A stretch of 63,728 bases of DNA, the filler included. It is 8 parts of 8 records of this genome, joined end to end, with 100 filler letters (N's around TTAATTAATTAA, not from the genome) between each part and the next. Parts side by side here need not be neighbours in the genome. Positions count along the whole stretch, not along the records: positions 1 to 13,206 come from SRR31147125_28340; 7 more parts are not named here. One strand, given 5' to 3'. How positions within the stretch are numbered: position 1 is the stretch's first letter; every line of letters begins with the position of its first letter. Below are positions 1 through 11,059 of this stretch, one piece after another. Position numbers and translations under genes: made by a program. The notes under the pieces were generated by a model. The model was not told the origin of the DNA. It did not search any database and saw nothing but the letters and a program-made list of their open reading frames with translations.

Positions 1-770
1 GCACCGCCCAATACCGCAGCAGAAATCGCTTGAAACTCAACGCCTTCCCCTGTGCCTGGGTTAACAAGACCACCTAGTTGGATAATAAGCATAATGCTAC
101 CTACAGCCGCAAATAATCCATTGAGACAATAAACAAAAAATTTCACTCTGTCAGCATTAATACCTGCTTTTACCGCAACTTCTTCGTCATTACCAATCGC
201 ATATATTCGTCTGCCAATCGGCGTTCTTCTTTCAATAATAACTGCGATTCCGACAACAATAACCAAAATCAAAATCGGTAACGGAATCATTCCAAACAAT
301 TTGGTCGAACCAATCTTGGTTACCTGCTCCGGAAAACTCACCCCTTGAGAGCTACAAAGCAATATTGCAAGCCCTTTTCCAGCTACCATTGTAGAAAGCG
401 TTACAATAAACGGCAGCATCTTCATCTTAACGATGAAAAATGCGTTAAATGCACCAAACAACGTTCCCACAATAATTCCAATCGGTAAAGCAACACCAAT
501 CGAAACGCCATAATCTTTCATTAAAAGTGCTGGTACCAAAGAAGAAAGATAAACAATTGAACCAATTGAAAGATCGATACCACCCGTTACAATAACAAAT
601 GTCATACCTGTTGCTAATGTACCCACATAAGCAACAGCAGTCAATATATCTATAAAGTTGCCTATACTCAAGAAATTTGGTGTTAATATACCAAACGTCA
701 AAAATATAATAATAAAAAGCACAATTGGTGTATTTTTAAGTATGAATAGTAAAAATTTATTAGATTTCAT
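1..770 (-). CDS. Sugar ABC transporter permease (RbsC-like), 3'-truncated by the window edge
   Basis: Not in the ORF track. Manual translation from ATG 770 gives MKSNKFLLFILKN...GMTFVIVTGGIDLSIGS...PFIVTL...GRRIYAIGNDEEVAVKAGI...AISAAVLGG, the BPD_transp_2 motifs. Confidence 0.9.
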   Translation of the reverse strand, partial: MKSNKFLLFILKNTPIVLFIIIFLTFGILTPNFLSIGNFIDILTAVAYVGTLATGMTFVIVTGGIDLSIGSIVYLSSLVPALLMKDYGVSIGVALPIGIIVGTLFGAFNAFFIVKMKMLPFIVTLSTMVAGKGLAILLCSSQGVSFPEQVTKIGSTKLFGMIPLPILILVIVVGIAVIIERRTPIGRRIYAIGNDEEVAVKAGINADRVKFFVYCLNGLFAAVGSIMLIIQLGGLVNPGTGEGVEFQAISAAVLGG

Positions 771-782
771 ATCTTACGCCCC

Positions 783-2279
783 CTAAATCTGTCTGAATGC
801 AGCAGCTAAGATATTTTCTTTTTCGAAAGAATCCATATCGAATTCACTAAATATCTCGCCTTTGCTCATTACTAATATTCTGTCACACATACCAATTAGC
901 TCTTCTATCTCAGAAGAAACCATCAATATAGATTTTCCATCTGCTGCAAGCTGATTGAGTATACTGTAAACTTCATATTTAGCACCCACATCAATACCTC
1001 TTGTTGGTTCATCAACAAAAAGGATAGAAGGCTGTGCCATCAACCATTTTGCAATAACCACCTTCTGCTGGTTACCACCCGAAAGGCTCTTTACAAGTTG
1101 TTGCTCAATTGGTCCTGTTTTAACTTTCAATCGATCAATTTCTTTATCTATCGATACGCGTTGCTTTGCTTTATCAACAAATTCAAAAGGTTTTTTTGTA
1201 TATTTAGGCATGGAAACAAATCCAATATTACTTTCTACATTAAACTCTAGAAACAAACCTTCTTCTTTTCTATTTTCTGTAACAAATCCGATCTGCTTAT
1301 TGATCGATTCTATCGGAGAATTCTTTTTTAATGTTTCTCCATTCACTGTTATTTTTCCATTCTTATAATTATCAAGCCCAAATACCATCCTTAGCATCTC
1401 TGTTCTTCCAACACCCATTAAACCAAACACACCAAGTATTTCACCTTTTTTCAGTTCAAAGTTGATATCATGAACGACACCTCTTTCGGATAAATTCTCA
1501 ACTTTAAGAACAACTTCATCTTCAGGTTTCGAAACCCTTTCTGGGTACAATTGAGCAATATCTCTTCCTACCATTGATTTAATCATTCTGCTGATATCAA
1601 ATTCCTGCGTAGACCCAAAATCAGTTACAGATCCATCTCTTAAAACAACAATATCATCCGTAATATTTTTTATATCCGCAAGAATATGAGATATATATAC
1701 AATCGCAATACTTTGTTCTTTCAATTTGTCGATTATTTTAAACAGTCTTTTCGCTTCATTTGAAGTAAGCGATGTCGTAGGCTCGTCAAAAATAACAATT
1801 TCAGGTTTTGTGCTCAAACACTTTGCAATCTCAACCAACTGTCTTTGTCCAGGCGAAAGTTTTTCAATTAGTGTATCTGGCGAAACATCCAAGTCCACAG
1901 TTTTTAAAATTTCAACTGTCTTCTTCTTCATCATTCTCATGCTTATCAACCCTTTACCAGGGTAATCATCGATAAAGAAATTATCCATAATGCTTAAGTT
2001 TGTAAACAGGTTTAATTCTTGATGGACAAATGATATCTTATTTTTCATAGCGTCGGCTGGTCCTTTTGGTGTATAGGGTTTATCATATAAACTCATAGAA
2101 CCTGTTGTTGGCTGATGCACACCCCCAATGATATTCATCATTGTCGATTTACCAGCACCATTTTCTCCAATTACGCCCAAAACTTTACCTTTTTCCAATG
2201 AAAAAGAAACATCTGTTAACGCATTTATCCCGAAGAATTTTTTTGATATATTTTTTATTTCAAAGAATTTATTAGGCAT
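783..2279 (-). CDS. Sugar ABC transporter ATP-binding protein (two NBDs, RbsA/MglA-like)
   Basis: GENGAGKST Walker A, DEPTTSL, LSGGNQQKV, DEPTRGIDVGAK. ATG at 2279 follows a GGTGA SD. Confidence 0.95.
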   Translation of the reverse strand: MPNKFFEIKNISKKFFGINALTDVSFSLEKGKVLGVIGENGAGKSTMMNIIGGVHQPTTGSMSLYDKPYTPKGPADAMKNKISFVHQELNLFTNLSIMDNFFIDDYPGKGLISMRMMKKKTVEILKTVDLDVSPDTLIEKLSPGQRQLVEIAKCLSTKPEIVIFDEPTTSLTSNEAKRLFKIIDKLKEQSIAIVYISHILADIKNITDDIVVLRDGSVTDFGSTQEFDISRMIKSMVGRDIAQLYPERVSKPEDEVVLKVENLSERGVVHDINFELKKGEILGVFGLMGVGRTEMLRMVFGLDNYKNGKITVNGETLKKNSPIESINKQIGFVTENRKEEGLFLEFNVESNIGFVSMPKYTKKPFEFVDKAKQRVSIDKEIDRLKVKTGPIEQQLVKSLSGGNQQKVVIAKWLMAQPSILFVDEPTRGIDVGAKYEVYSILNQLAADGKSILMVSSEIEELIGMCDRILVMSKGEIFSEFDMDSFEKENILAAAFRQI

Positions 2280-3399
2280 TTTGTTCACCTACTTTGCTCA
2301 TATTCACATTGTCATCACCCAAAACAATATCTTGATTTGCAGACATTCTTGTTCGAATAATATCCAACAGAGCTGCAAAAAGGATAACCAATCCCTTTAC
2401 AATATCAACGATAAAGGCTGAAAGTTTCAGCATATTAAGCATAGATGAAAGAAGCGTGAAGAATATACATCCGATTAAAACCCAAGAAACCTTACCTTTG
2501 CCGCCAAACATAGATGTTCCACCGATAACCGCAGCACCGATGATATCCATCAACATTGCACGTGACATTGTCGGGCTACCTTGCTGGAGCCTTCCGGAAT
2601 ATATAACCGAAGCTACTGCACAGCAAAGACCAGAAAGTACATAAGCTAATATAACCATTTTATCTGTCGGAACACCAGAAATTCGAGCTGCTTCTGGGTT
2701 CTCTCCTGTTGCATAAATCCATTTTCCAGTTTTGGATCGATTCATAAGTAAATTAGATGCTATTCCAATAGCAGCCGCAATAATCAGTGCGTATGGTATA
2801 AACCCTATTCCTTTTCTTCCTATATTTATAAAAGAATCTGGCAAACCTACAATATTAAACGATTGAGTCAACCATATTGCAAGATACAGAAACAATTGTT
2901 GGAACACCAGCGTTACCATAAATGGCGGCATCTTGAATTTTGAAATAAATAGTCCGCTTAAATACCCTACCGAGATACCCACTAACAGCATAACAAATAT
3001 CGCAACTGGTACAGCATAAGGTGAGTTTGCCAAAGGACCACCGTCTGGTCCTAAAATGTTCCCCCAAAGGATAGATGAACTAAACCTAGCTTCATCAACC
3101 GAATTTGTCATAAAAATAGCGCCCATCACACTCGTTAATCCAACGATAGATGGTTGAGACAAATCAATCCCTGCAACGATCAATACATACATTTGACCTA
3201 AAGCCAAAATAAACAACGGTAATAGATTGTTCAGCATGTTCTTCAACGATCTGGAACCAGCAATCTTTGGATTAATGGTTGTCATCACTAAAAACATTGC
3301 AATAGAAAGCACTAATATGAAATATTGAGATAAAAACAGCTTTTTAAGCGTAAATCCGCCAAGCTCGATTTTTATTGCTTCCTTTCTTTTCTTAAACAT
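2272..3399 (-). CDS. Sugar ABC transporter permease
   Basis: GIDLS, PPFMVTL, GENPEAARISGV, AAVIGGTSMFGGKG. ATG 3399 with GGAGG SD. Confidence 0.93.
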   Translation of the reverse strand: MFKKRKEAIKIELGGFTLKKLFLSQYFILVLSIAMFLVMTTINPKIAGSRSLKNMLNNLLPLFILALGQMYVLIVAGIDLSQPSIVGLTSVMGAIFMTNSVDEARFSSSILWGNILGPDGGPLANSPYAVPVAIFVMLLVGISVGYLSGLFISKFKMPPFMVTLVFQQLFLYLAIWLTQSFNIVGLPDSFINIGRKGIGFIPYALIIAAAIGIASNLLMNRSKTGKWIYATGENPEAARISGVPTDKMVILAYVLSGLCCAVASVIYSGRLQQGSPTMSRAMLMDIIGAAVIGGTSMFGGKGKVSWVLIGCIFFTLLSSMLNMLKLSAFIVDIVKGLVILFAALLDIIRTRMSANQDIVLGDDNVNMSKVGEQNA

Positions 3400-3530
3400 T
3401 TTGCACCTCCAACTAAGATATATATATAGAAAATTGTTTAATAACAATGTTACTTTCGGTATTAATATTAAATCTTTTAAACTGGTTTATAAACTTCCAA
3501 GCATAATTTGCATATTTTTTGTTTCTTTTA

Positions 3531-3571
3531 TTTGTTTAAGGGGGATACAACTACTCCCCCTTAAAACAAGT
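3531..3571 (-). other. Stem-loop downstream of the binding-protein gene (probable mRNA-stabilising or partial termination element)
   Basis: Inverted repeat TTGTTTAAGGGGGA...TCCCCCTTAAAACAA between the SBP and permease genes. Confidence 0.55.
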
Positions 3572-3595
3572 TTTTATTTTTTGTACGTTAGTCTA

Positions 3596-4684
3596 CTAGT
3601 CAATTTCGCCAGCTTTTTGACGCTCTTTGTTACCCCACATATCCATTCTTCTTTCAGCAATATTGCCTTGAGTTAGAGCAAATCCTGGGTCATCCATCCA
3701 TTTATCAGGTACTGTTTCACCTGCATTAATAGCTTCGATCATTGCGTTCAAAATTAATTCAGCTTCGTAATATAGGTCTTGAACAGCTGTTGCATCAACG
3801 TAGCCTTCATCCATTAATTGGCCAGCATATTGGTCACCATCAACAGCACCTAAAATAACGTGTCCTTCTTCTCCAACTTTTTTCCACTTGTCGTGTGATT
3901 CTAATACTTGTTTGATTTGTGGATATAAGAAGTCAGATCCGCAGAAAAGCAGCCCTACATCAGGGTTCGCTTTCATAGCACTTGTTAGGTTATCAAGCGC
4001 AACTTTAGCATCCCAGTTAGTTTGAACTTCGATTGGCTCTTCAAAAAGATCAGGATTTGCAGCAATAACATTGTCAAAACCGTTCTTTCTGAAAACAGCA
4101 TTTGGATCTCCAAGATCTCCAACCATTACAAGTGGAAGTACTTTTTCGCCTGTTTCTTCAACTACTTTAGCAGCTTCTTCTGCCATGTATTCCATTGCTG
4201 TTTGAGATATAGTCTCATTATCTGCAACTGCAACTAGATACTTAGCATCTGTGTTTGTTGGTGGTCTATTAAAGATTCCTAGTGGAACACCAGCATCGTT
4301 ACAATCTTTACCTATAGCTACAGCTGTATCACCGTCTTGAGGTATAACGATAAGACCATCAACACCCTCAGCAATCGCGTCATTACACATTTGTTGTTGT
4401 TTAATTGGGTCTTCAGAAGCATTATACTCAATAACTTCAATTCCTTGTGCTTGCAATGTACTTAAGATAGCATTGTAACCAGCAACCCAGAAAGGAGTTT
4501 CTAAGTCTACGAAGCAGAATCCAATTGTAATTCCTTCTTCTTCAACTTCAACAACATCAATTTCTTCAGGCGCTTCTTCTTTTGCAGGTTCTTCCGCTTT
4601 TGGAGCTTCCTCAGCTGGTGCGGCACATGATACCATACTAAATACCATAATGACTGCCAAAAGCATCACTAACAATTTTTTCAC
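3596..4684 (-). CDS. Sugar ABC transporter substrate-binding lipoprotein
   Basis: GTG at 4684 after AGGAGG. Lipoprotein signal ending VSC, Pro/Glu-rich linker, Peripla_BP_4-like domain. Confidence 0.9.
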   Translation of the reverse strand: MKKLLVMLLAVIMVFSMVSCAAPAEEAPKAEEPAKEEAPEEIDVVEVEEEGITIGFCFVDLETPFWVAGYNAILSTLQAQGIEVIEYNASEDPIKQQQMCNDAIAEGVDGLIVIPQDGDTAVAIGKDCNDAGVPLGIFNRPPTNTDAKYLVAVADNETISQTAMEYMAEEAAKVVEETGEKVLPLVMVGDLGDPNAVFRKNGFDNVIAANPDLFEEPIEVQTNWDAKVALDNLTSAMKANPDVGLLFCGSDFLYPQIKQVLESHDKWKKVGEEGHVILGAVDGDQYAGQLMDEGYVDATAVQDLYYEAELILNAMIEAINAGETVPDKWMDDPGFALTQGNIAERRMDMWGNKERQKAGEID

Positions 4685-4951
4685 TTTGTTACCTCCTAGT
4701 AATTTTATCATTATCTTTACCTTTACAAGGTAAAAGATTAAATTTATTTTTTTCACATGATTTACTCATGCATTAATTTAACAGTTTCAAATTTTTTTTT
4801 GAAAACCTTAACCGATATCGCAGACTTATCCTAATAAACCGATGCATATCAATCGTTTAGTTATCAAAAGCTTTTCTTTTTTAAAACTTATAATTTCAGT
4901 TTTCAAATGTAACTATATTATAAAAACACAATTACACACTTTAATTTTCAT

Positions 4952-5830
4952 TTAAACCTTATTGATCTCAACAGCTATATTCGATTTATTCAGTTCCTCG
5001 CCGCAACTCTCATCATGCATAACCATATTTATGAAAAGTGATTCTAAAATACTCATTTGTACAACTCTTTTGGCTACAATCTCTCCATTCAAGTGTTCTG
5101 TAAATGTAGAAGTCAACAATATAATATCCGAATTTTTTGCCAACGGCGAAACAGTAAAGTTTGTTATTGAAATAACCGTTACTCCACTATCTTTTAGATA
5201 TTTAGCTACATCAACCAGCCCTTTGCTCTTTCCCGAATACGATATCGCTACAACAACATCGCCTGGTTTAAGGTGTGATGCATGAATAATCATAGCATCC
5301 GAATCGCACGTTGCAACGCAGTTCTTTCCTATACGCATAAATTTCTGCATACCCGATGAAGCAACAGCAAATGCATCTCCTACACCTATAAACAACACCC
5401 TATCGGCACGCATAAGTGCTTCTATTGCTTTATCATATTCTTTTTCATCAACCAAGTTTATTGTATCTTTTAAAGCCTGAATAACTGATTCAAATACTTT
5501 GCTTGTCACTTCAAAAGAACTATCTTCGTTAGATATCTCAGAATAATCTCGCTTTGGAGTACTGTGGTTATATTCCATCTTCTTAAGTTCATCTTTCAAC
5601 TGCATAAAGCCTTCTAGACCCATACGTCTTGAAAGTCTAACAAATGTCGGCGGGCTACATCCTGCTTTATCGGCTGCTTCTGATATTGTTGCATCAATCA
5701 GAAAATCAGAATTATCCAAAAGGAAATCCGCCGCCTTTTTTTCTGCAGACTTTAACGAATCATATACTGCCTGTAGTTTGAGCAAACAATTCATTGGTAT
5801 TTTTTTAATCATATAATCTTCAATTTTCAA
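4952..5830 (-). CDS. RpiR/MurR-family transcriptional regulator
   Basis: N-terminal HTH (SPPTFVRLSRRMGLEGF) plus SIS domain (AISYSGKS). Confidence 0.93.
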   Translation of the reverse strand: MKIEDYMIKKIPMNCLLKLQAVYDSLKSAEKKAADFLLDNSDFLIDATISEAADKAGCSPPTFVRLSRRMGLEGFMQLKDELKKMEYNHSTPKRDYSEISNEDSSFEVTSKVFESVIQALKDTINLVDEKEYDKAIEALMRADRVLFIGVGDAFAVASSGMQKFMRIGKNCVATCDSDAMIIHASHLKPGDVVVAISYSGKSKGLVDVAKYLKDSGVTVISITNFTVSPLAKNSDIILLTSTFTEHLNGEIVAKRVVQMSILESLFINMVMHDESCGEELNKSNIAVEINKV

Positions 5831-5912
5831 TTTTCATACCTCACTTTTGTAATAAATGAATTATATCATCATTTGCATCCGAAAACTATGTCTACATCTT
5901 TTTTTCATAAAA

Positions 5913-7410
5913 TTAAAATATTTTCTTTAATGCGCCATATAATCCCTTATACAATTCAAATTGTTTCATATACTTTTTATGCTTTTTATCATCTGGTACA
6001 TAAGTGTTTTCAGTATGCACCATACTATCAACAGCCGTTTTAACACTGTCATAATATCCACAGCCAACAGCCGCTAAACACGCCGCACCTAAGCAACCTG
6101 CTTCCTTGCATTTTAGCGTCGTCAGCGGAATCCCTAATATATTCGCCTTGGTCTGCATCCATAGGTCAGATTTCGCACCGCCACCAACTGCCCTTATCTT
6201 CTCTATATTGATACCGATTTTTTTCATAGTGTCGATATTTATTTTCAACTCATAAGTTAGCCCATCCAAAAGTCCCTTAAAAATCTCATCTTTCGTTGTG
6301 GAAAGTGAAAGACCAACAATTGTTCCTTTACTATTCACATCACATGTTGGTGTTCCGCTACCGTTAAAGTGTGGCATAACAAACAACTTAGAAGGTTCTT
6401 CCTCAATATTTCTTTGGATATACTCATAAACATCAAAACCCTGTTTTTCTGCCAATTGTTTTTCGTATTCCGCAATATTATCCCGAAACCACCTAAGAAC
6501 AATTCCACACGTATGATTCAACGCAAATGTAAAATAGTGTCCTTCAACAGCATGTGAGTAGCACGGATAAAACGAATCCATCATCATGTTGCTTAGTTTT
6601 GGTTTTTTTAAACGTTGTAGAAAAAACCTCAGCAGTACCACTAGAGTCAACCGCCATCCCTTCTTCTATAACACCTGATCCAATCGCACCGCATGGCTGG
6701 TCGTGTCCGCCAGCAACAATAATAGGATTGTTTTTCAGTCCAAGCTTTTCTTTAAGATCATCATTTAAGTGCCCGCACACTGTACCCGATTCTACAATAT
6801 CTGAAACCTTATCAACACCTAATCCAATTAAATCAAAAATTTCTTTATCCCAGTTCTTTGTTGCAATATCCATCATCATTGTCCGCGATGCCATCGTGAT
6901 ATCAATTACTGGTTTTGCCCCTAGTCTTGCTATTATGTAGTCTGAGTAAGTCATAAACTTATGTGCTTTTTTATAAATTTCAGGTTTATTTTCCTTAAAC
7001 CAAAGTATTTTTGCTATCGTATTAATAGGATGAATCGGTATACCTGTTTTTTTAAAAGCTTTTTGCTTACCCATTGTTTTTTCTAAAAATTCACACTGTG
7101 GTGTTGTTCTATAGTCCATACCCAAAACCATGTTGTACATTGGTTTAAAACAATCATCAACAGGCATCGTAGCATCACCTTGAACAGAAACCGCTAAAGC
7201 TTCTATTTTTTCTATATCGCTTTGCTTAATTGCTTTTTTTGCAACATCAATCAAACAGTTAAAAACATACTCAGCATCCTGTTCCGCTTTTAAATTCTCA
7301 TCACATATTATTGGGTATTCTGTAAAGCCATATCCTTTTGTATGTCCAGTTTCATCGAATACAACAGCTTTGCATCCAGATGTCCCTACATCCATTCCAA
7401 GGAAGTTCAT
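5913..7410 (-). CDS. FGGY-family carbohydrate kinase, frameshifted at an A7 run (about 6603-6609)
   Basis: N-half has LGMDVGTSGCK and GGHDQPCGAIG; C-half has GGGAKSDLWMQTKA and EAGCLGAA. Removing one A joins them (...TAEVFSTTFKKPKLSNMM...). Confidence 0.88.
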
Positions 7411-7504
7411 TTCAACCACCCGTTCTTCTTTTAAGCTAAATCGATAACTAATACATCCTTTGGTTTTCGCTGAGAAGATTTTTATCTTCCCAGCATTTTT
7501 ATTT

Positions 7505-8923
7505 CTATCTGCCTCTTAAATAATCTTTTACTTCTTTTTCCATACTGTCATAGAAGAAATCAACTTCTAATCCAAGCAGTCCACATGCCTCGTATATAAC
7601 TGGCATAACATTACCAAGCACCGCTGAAGCGTGATGTATATATGGTCCCTTAACGATTTTTTCCTCTAATGCAGGCCAGTCTTCAACTTCGATCCACTTA
7701 AATGTTCCAGCAGTCCAAGGTCCGTCTACACCTTTTGCTGTTCCACACAATACAGAATAATCACCATGATCGCCATCAAAACGGATAATGGTCATCTGTC
7801 CATCCTGCAATTCTGCATGTATTGCGCCAGCATAATGTTCTTCAAACGCAAATGGTCCACCAAGGACTGGTTTTTCTTTTGCTAGAGAAATAGGCCAAGG
7901 ACCACAGTGTTGTAATAATTCAGCATTTTCGTTTTCTGGATGTCGTACCGACCAATCTACAAAGAATGATGGTGTCAAACCAAATGCAGCTGATTGAACG
8001 ATAACTGATGAAATCGCACCATGAATATCTGTTTCGCAAGCTACTGGAATACCTTCTTCTGTCAATATTGCATTTGCAACACACGGGTGTATTTGTAGTT
8101 GATCTTGAAGTTGCGTCCAACATTGAATAGCTATAGCATTACATTCGTTTTCAACAGCCATACGTTTCATAACACATTTTAATGCAGCAAGTCTTTTTAG
8201 TTTGAAATCAGAAACCTCTATCTCCATATTGTTTCGTAAATAGTCCATCGTTTCCAAAACATCTTTATCATCTGTTTCTTCTAAAACTTTAATCTTATCA
8301 ACCATTTCTGGCATAGGTTTTGGAAGTATTTGAATATTAAACCGTTCTAAAAGCTCGCCTTCATTGCACATTGTTGTCCAAAAGTCTTGTGGTCTAGTTG
8401 AAAGCTGCAATATTTTTAGCTTTTTAAATTCTTTAACAACATACGAAGCCGCAACAAAATTTAGTATTCCTCTTTTAAACTCAACGTCTTCTAATCTGCA
8501 ATTTGGAATATAAACAAAAGGAATATTCATTCGTCTCATTACTTTTCCTGTTGCAAACAGTCCACATTGTGTATCTCTCAATCTCGAGCCATCTTCTAAC
8601 GGCGCTTCATCTCTAGGTCCCCATACACAGACAGGTACATCCAAAGCTTTAGCAACTTTACAGACTATATCTTCTGTTCCAAAATTAACATGAGGAAAGA
8701 AAACAGCGTCCACCTCTTCAGCTTTAAATTTTGAAACAATTTTAGAAACATCTTCTTGGCTATGAAGCAAGCCTTCTTCATTGATATCCTCAATATCCAC
8801 ATAATCGATACCGAGTTCATTTAGCTTATCAAATGTTAACCCTTTGAATTTAAACGCATCTTCTTTCGAAAAGATAAATCTTCTTGTTGGCGCAACGCCA
8901 AGTTTTAATTTGTAATCCATCAT
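7505..8923 (-). CDS. L-fucose/L-arabinose isomerase family protein
   Basis: NFGTE, RDTQCG, AIQCW, PVACETDIHGA, HCGPWP, GPYIHH motifs. Confidence 0.85.
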   Translation of the reverse strand: MMDYKLKLGVAPTRRFIFSKEDAFKFKGLTFDKLNELGIDYVDIEDINEEGLLHSQEDVSKIVSKFKAEEVDAVFFPHVNFGTEDIVCKVAKALDVPVCVWGPRDEAPLEDGSRLRDTQCGLFATGKVMRRMNIPFVYIPNCRLEDVEFKRGILNFVAASYVVKEFKKLKILQLSTRPQDFWTTMCNEGELLERFNIQILPKPMPEMVDKIKVLEETDDKDVLETMDYLRNNMEIEVSDFKLKRLAALKCVMKRMAVENECNAIAIQCWTQLQDQLQIHPCVANAILTEEGIPVACETDIHGAISSVIVQSAAFGLTPSFFVDWSVRHPENENAELLQHCGPWPISLAKEKPVLGGPFAFEEHYAGAIHAELQDGQMTIIRFDGDHGDYSVLCGTAKGVDGPWTAGTFKWIEVEDWPALEEKIVKGPYIHHASAVLGNVMPVIYEACGLLGLEVDFFYDSMEKEVKDYLRGR

Positions 8924-9087
8924 CTTCCTCCAAATAGTTCATTATAATCAATAATGCTTTTAAGGATATTCATTTTCCACTCCTATACTTATCAACATAC
9001 CAGAATTAGAAGCTAATTTCAGTATGCTGATAAAGGAGGAAGAAAACTAAGTTAGTGTATCCTAAACTAAGCAATAAACATTTTTCC

Positions 9088-10383
9088 CTATCCCATAGTC
9101 TGGTCTTGTAATCTTCTAAGCTGTAGCAATACAGAACTGTCATCCAATTCTACCATATCATATGTGATAATTTCATCTTTCTTTACATCACATTTCAACT
9201 TTGCACCATATGCAAGACCCACAGGCAACATATTGCCTTCCATCGCAATCGAATGCAAATCAATTGAAGAACGATAACAGCATTCTCCTATTCTGTCTAA
9301 AGTCTCTCCTGCTTTTAAGTTGCGTTTTGCTACTGTAATACATTCAGATGTAAGCTTCTTCATAGGATGACCTGTCGATTCACCATAAATAGCCGCTTGC
9401 GCTGCTGTGATTGGTGTTTCAATGCTACACAAGTGATATGGTCTTAAAAGCGTATAGTTTGGTCCTTCACCCATATCTCTTTGAGACAAACCATCTCTTA
9501 ATCTTTCATTAAATGTTTGAATAATGACAAATACACCAGGGTTTATATCGCCGATACCAAAATCTACAACACCTTCTTTAGAAAGAATACCGCCTTCTTT
9601 TTCAAGGCTGAACACTTTTGAAAGATCCTTAATGTTACATTTTGGTCCATGCATACCTTGCTTATCTGGTACAAGCCCAGTTGCATTAGAAACTGCACAC
9701 ATCTCAATCATAGTTTTTGATCCGTCTACAAATTCCACAAGCATTCTTGGAAACATATTTCTTGCTTCAGCTTTTTCTTTCCATTCTTTATCAAGCGGCG
9801 TTGCATATATGTCTAACGGATTATTTTTTCCTTTTCCTGCTGCAACCACTTTGTAGCCCAATGCTTTTGCAAATCTATAAACTTCAATAATAGACCCAGG
9901 CTCATCCCCTGCTGTTAAAGAGTAAACCACTCCAGCATTCTCAGCCATTTGACGCAAAATTGGTCCAATCGTTACGTCACATTCTACATTCATCATAACA
10001 ATATGTTTTTTATTATCAAAACACATCAACGATGCTTTAGCACCCATTTCAGGAAGCCCAGTTGCATCAACAACAACCTCAATGAATGAAGTTTTTATCG
10101 CAATCGTATATTCAGTTGTAGCAACAACTTTACCATCAGCAATCGCCTCTTCTGCTTCTTTTAAATCGTTCGTCTCAACGATCTCACCTTTATAATCAGC
10201 GTCTCTATATGCTTTAACAACAGTTTTTGTATCTAAATCTACTGCAACAACAGTTTTCATACCTTTCATCATGCCAATTTGAATAAGTATTTCTGCACCC
10301 ATTTGACCAGTTCCAATAACACCAACATTAATCGGTGTACCTTGCTCATGTAGTTCTAAAAGCCTGCTATCAATTTCATACAT
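9088..10383 (-). CDS. NAD(P)-dependent oxidoreductase (homoserine-dehydrogenase-like) with C-terminal SAF domain
   Basis: GTGQMG Rossmann motif, MMNVECDVTIGP, GDEPG, GKGKNNP, DGSKTMIEM, RPYHL, and SAF-like VAKRNLKAGETLD. Confidence 0.85.
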   Translation of the reverse strand: MYEIDSRLLELHEQGTPINVGVIGTGQMGAEILIQIGMMKGMKTVVAVDLDTKTVVKAYRDADYKGEIVETNDLKEAEEAIADGKVVATTEYTIAIKTSFIEVVVDATGLPEMGAKASLMCFDNKKHIVMMNVECDVTIGPILRQMAENAGVVYSLTAGDEPGSIIEVYRFAKALGYKVVAAGKGKNNPLDIYATPLDKEWKEKAEARNMFPRMLVEFVDGSKTMIEMCAVSNATGLVPDKQGMHGPKCNIKDLSKVFSLEKEGGILSKEGVVDFGIGDINPGVFVIIQTFNERLRDGLSQRDMGEGPNYTLLRPYHLCSIETPITAAQAAIYGESTGHPMKKLTSECITVAKRNLKAGETLDRIGECCYRSSIDLHSIAMEGNMLPVGLAYGAKLKCDVKKDEIITYDMVELDDSSVLLQLRRLQDQTMG

Positions 10384-10449
10384 TTTGTAATCCTCACATT
10401 TCTATTTGTTATTAGTTAAAATCTATATAAACAGCTTCAAGCTCATTTA

Positions 10450-11055
10450 TCACTTATTTTTTAGCAACCTATCTCCTACGGCCCCACCAGGATGAATAAC
10501 AGCAAATTGTTCTCTTGTATATCCTGTATACTCCATCAAAGCAATACATATGGCATCAAATGCTGCTACAACCGCCATTGTACTAGCTGTTGCAAGCATA
10601 TTAAACGGACAAGGTTCTTTTTCAACGCCTACAGGTAAAACTAAATTGGATTGTTGTGCTAAAACCGAATCGGTATTCTCGGTTACACCAATTAAGTAAG
10701 CCCCCTTTGTTTTACATCCAAGAATCAGATTAACTATTTCCTTTGTGCTTCCACCTTTTGATATCAGTATAAGAACATCTTTAGGCTGTAAAACACCCAA
10801 CGAACCATGCACTGCGTCCGAAGGAACCAAAAATGTTGCTGGTCTTTCTATGCAGCATAGCGAATGAACAATCTTTTTGCCCGCTGCACCAGATGTCCCG
10901 CACCCAGCTACAATGATTCTGCCATCGCAGTCTCCAAGCACTTTTACAGCCTTCGTCATAATCTGTTCGCCCAGTCGCTTCTCTAAGTCTTCAACGCCCT
11001 GCGCCTCTGCTTTCCATGTTTCTACAATCAAGTCATATAGCTTCTTTTTATCCAT
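10450..11055 (-). CDS. Single-domain SIS sugar-phosphate isomerase (KpsF/GutQ-like, no CBS domain)
   Basis: GCGTSG, DAVHGSLG, ISKGGST, EPCPFNMLATAST, HPGGAVG. Confidence 0.9.
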   Translation of the reverse strand: MDKKKLYDLIVETWKAEAQGVEDLEKRLGEQIMTKAVKVLGDCDGRIIVAGCGTSGAAGKKIVHSLCCIERPATFLVPSDAVHGSLGVLQPKDVLILISKGGSTKEIVNLILGCKTKGAYLIGVTENTDSVLAQQSNLVLPVGVEKEPCPFNMLATASTMAVVAAFDAICIALMEYTGYTREQFAVIHPGGAVGDRLLKNK

Positions 11056-11059
11056 AACC

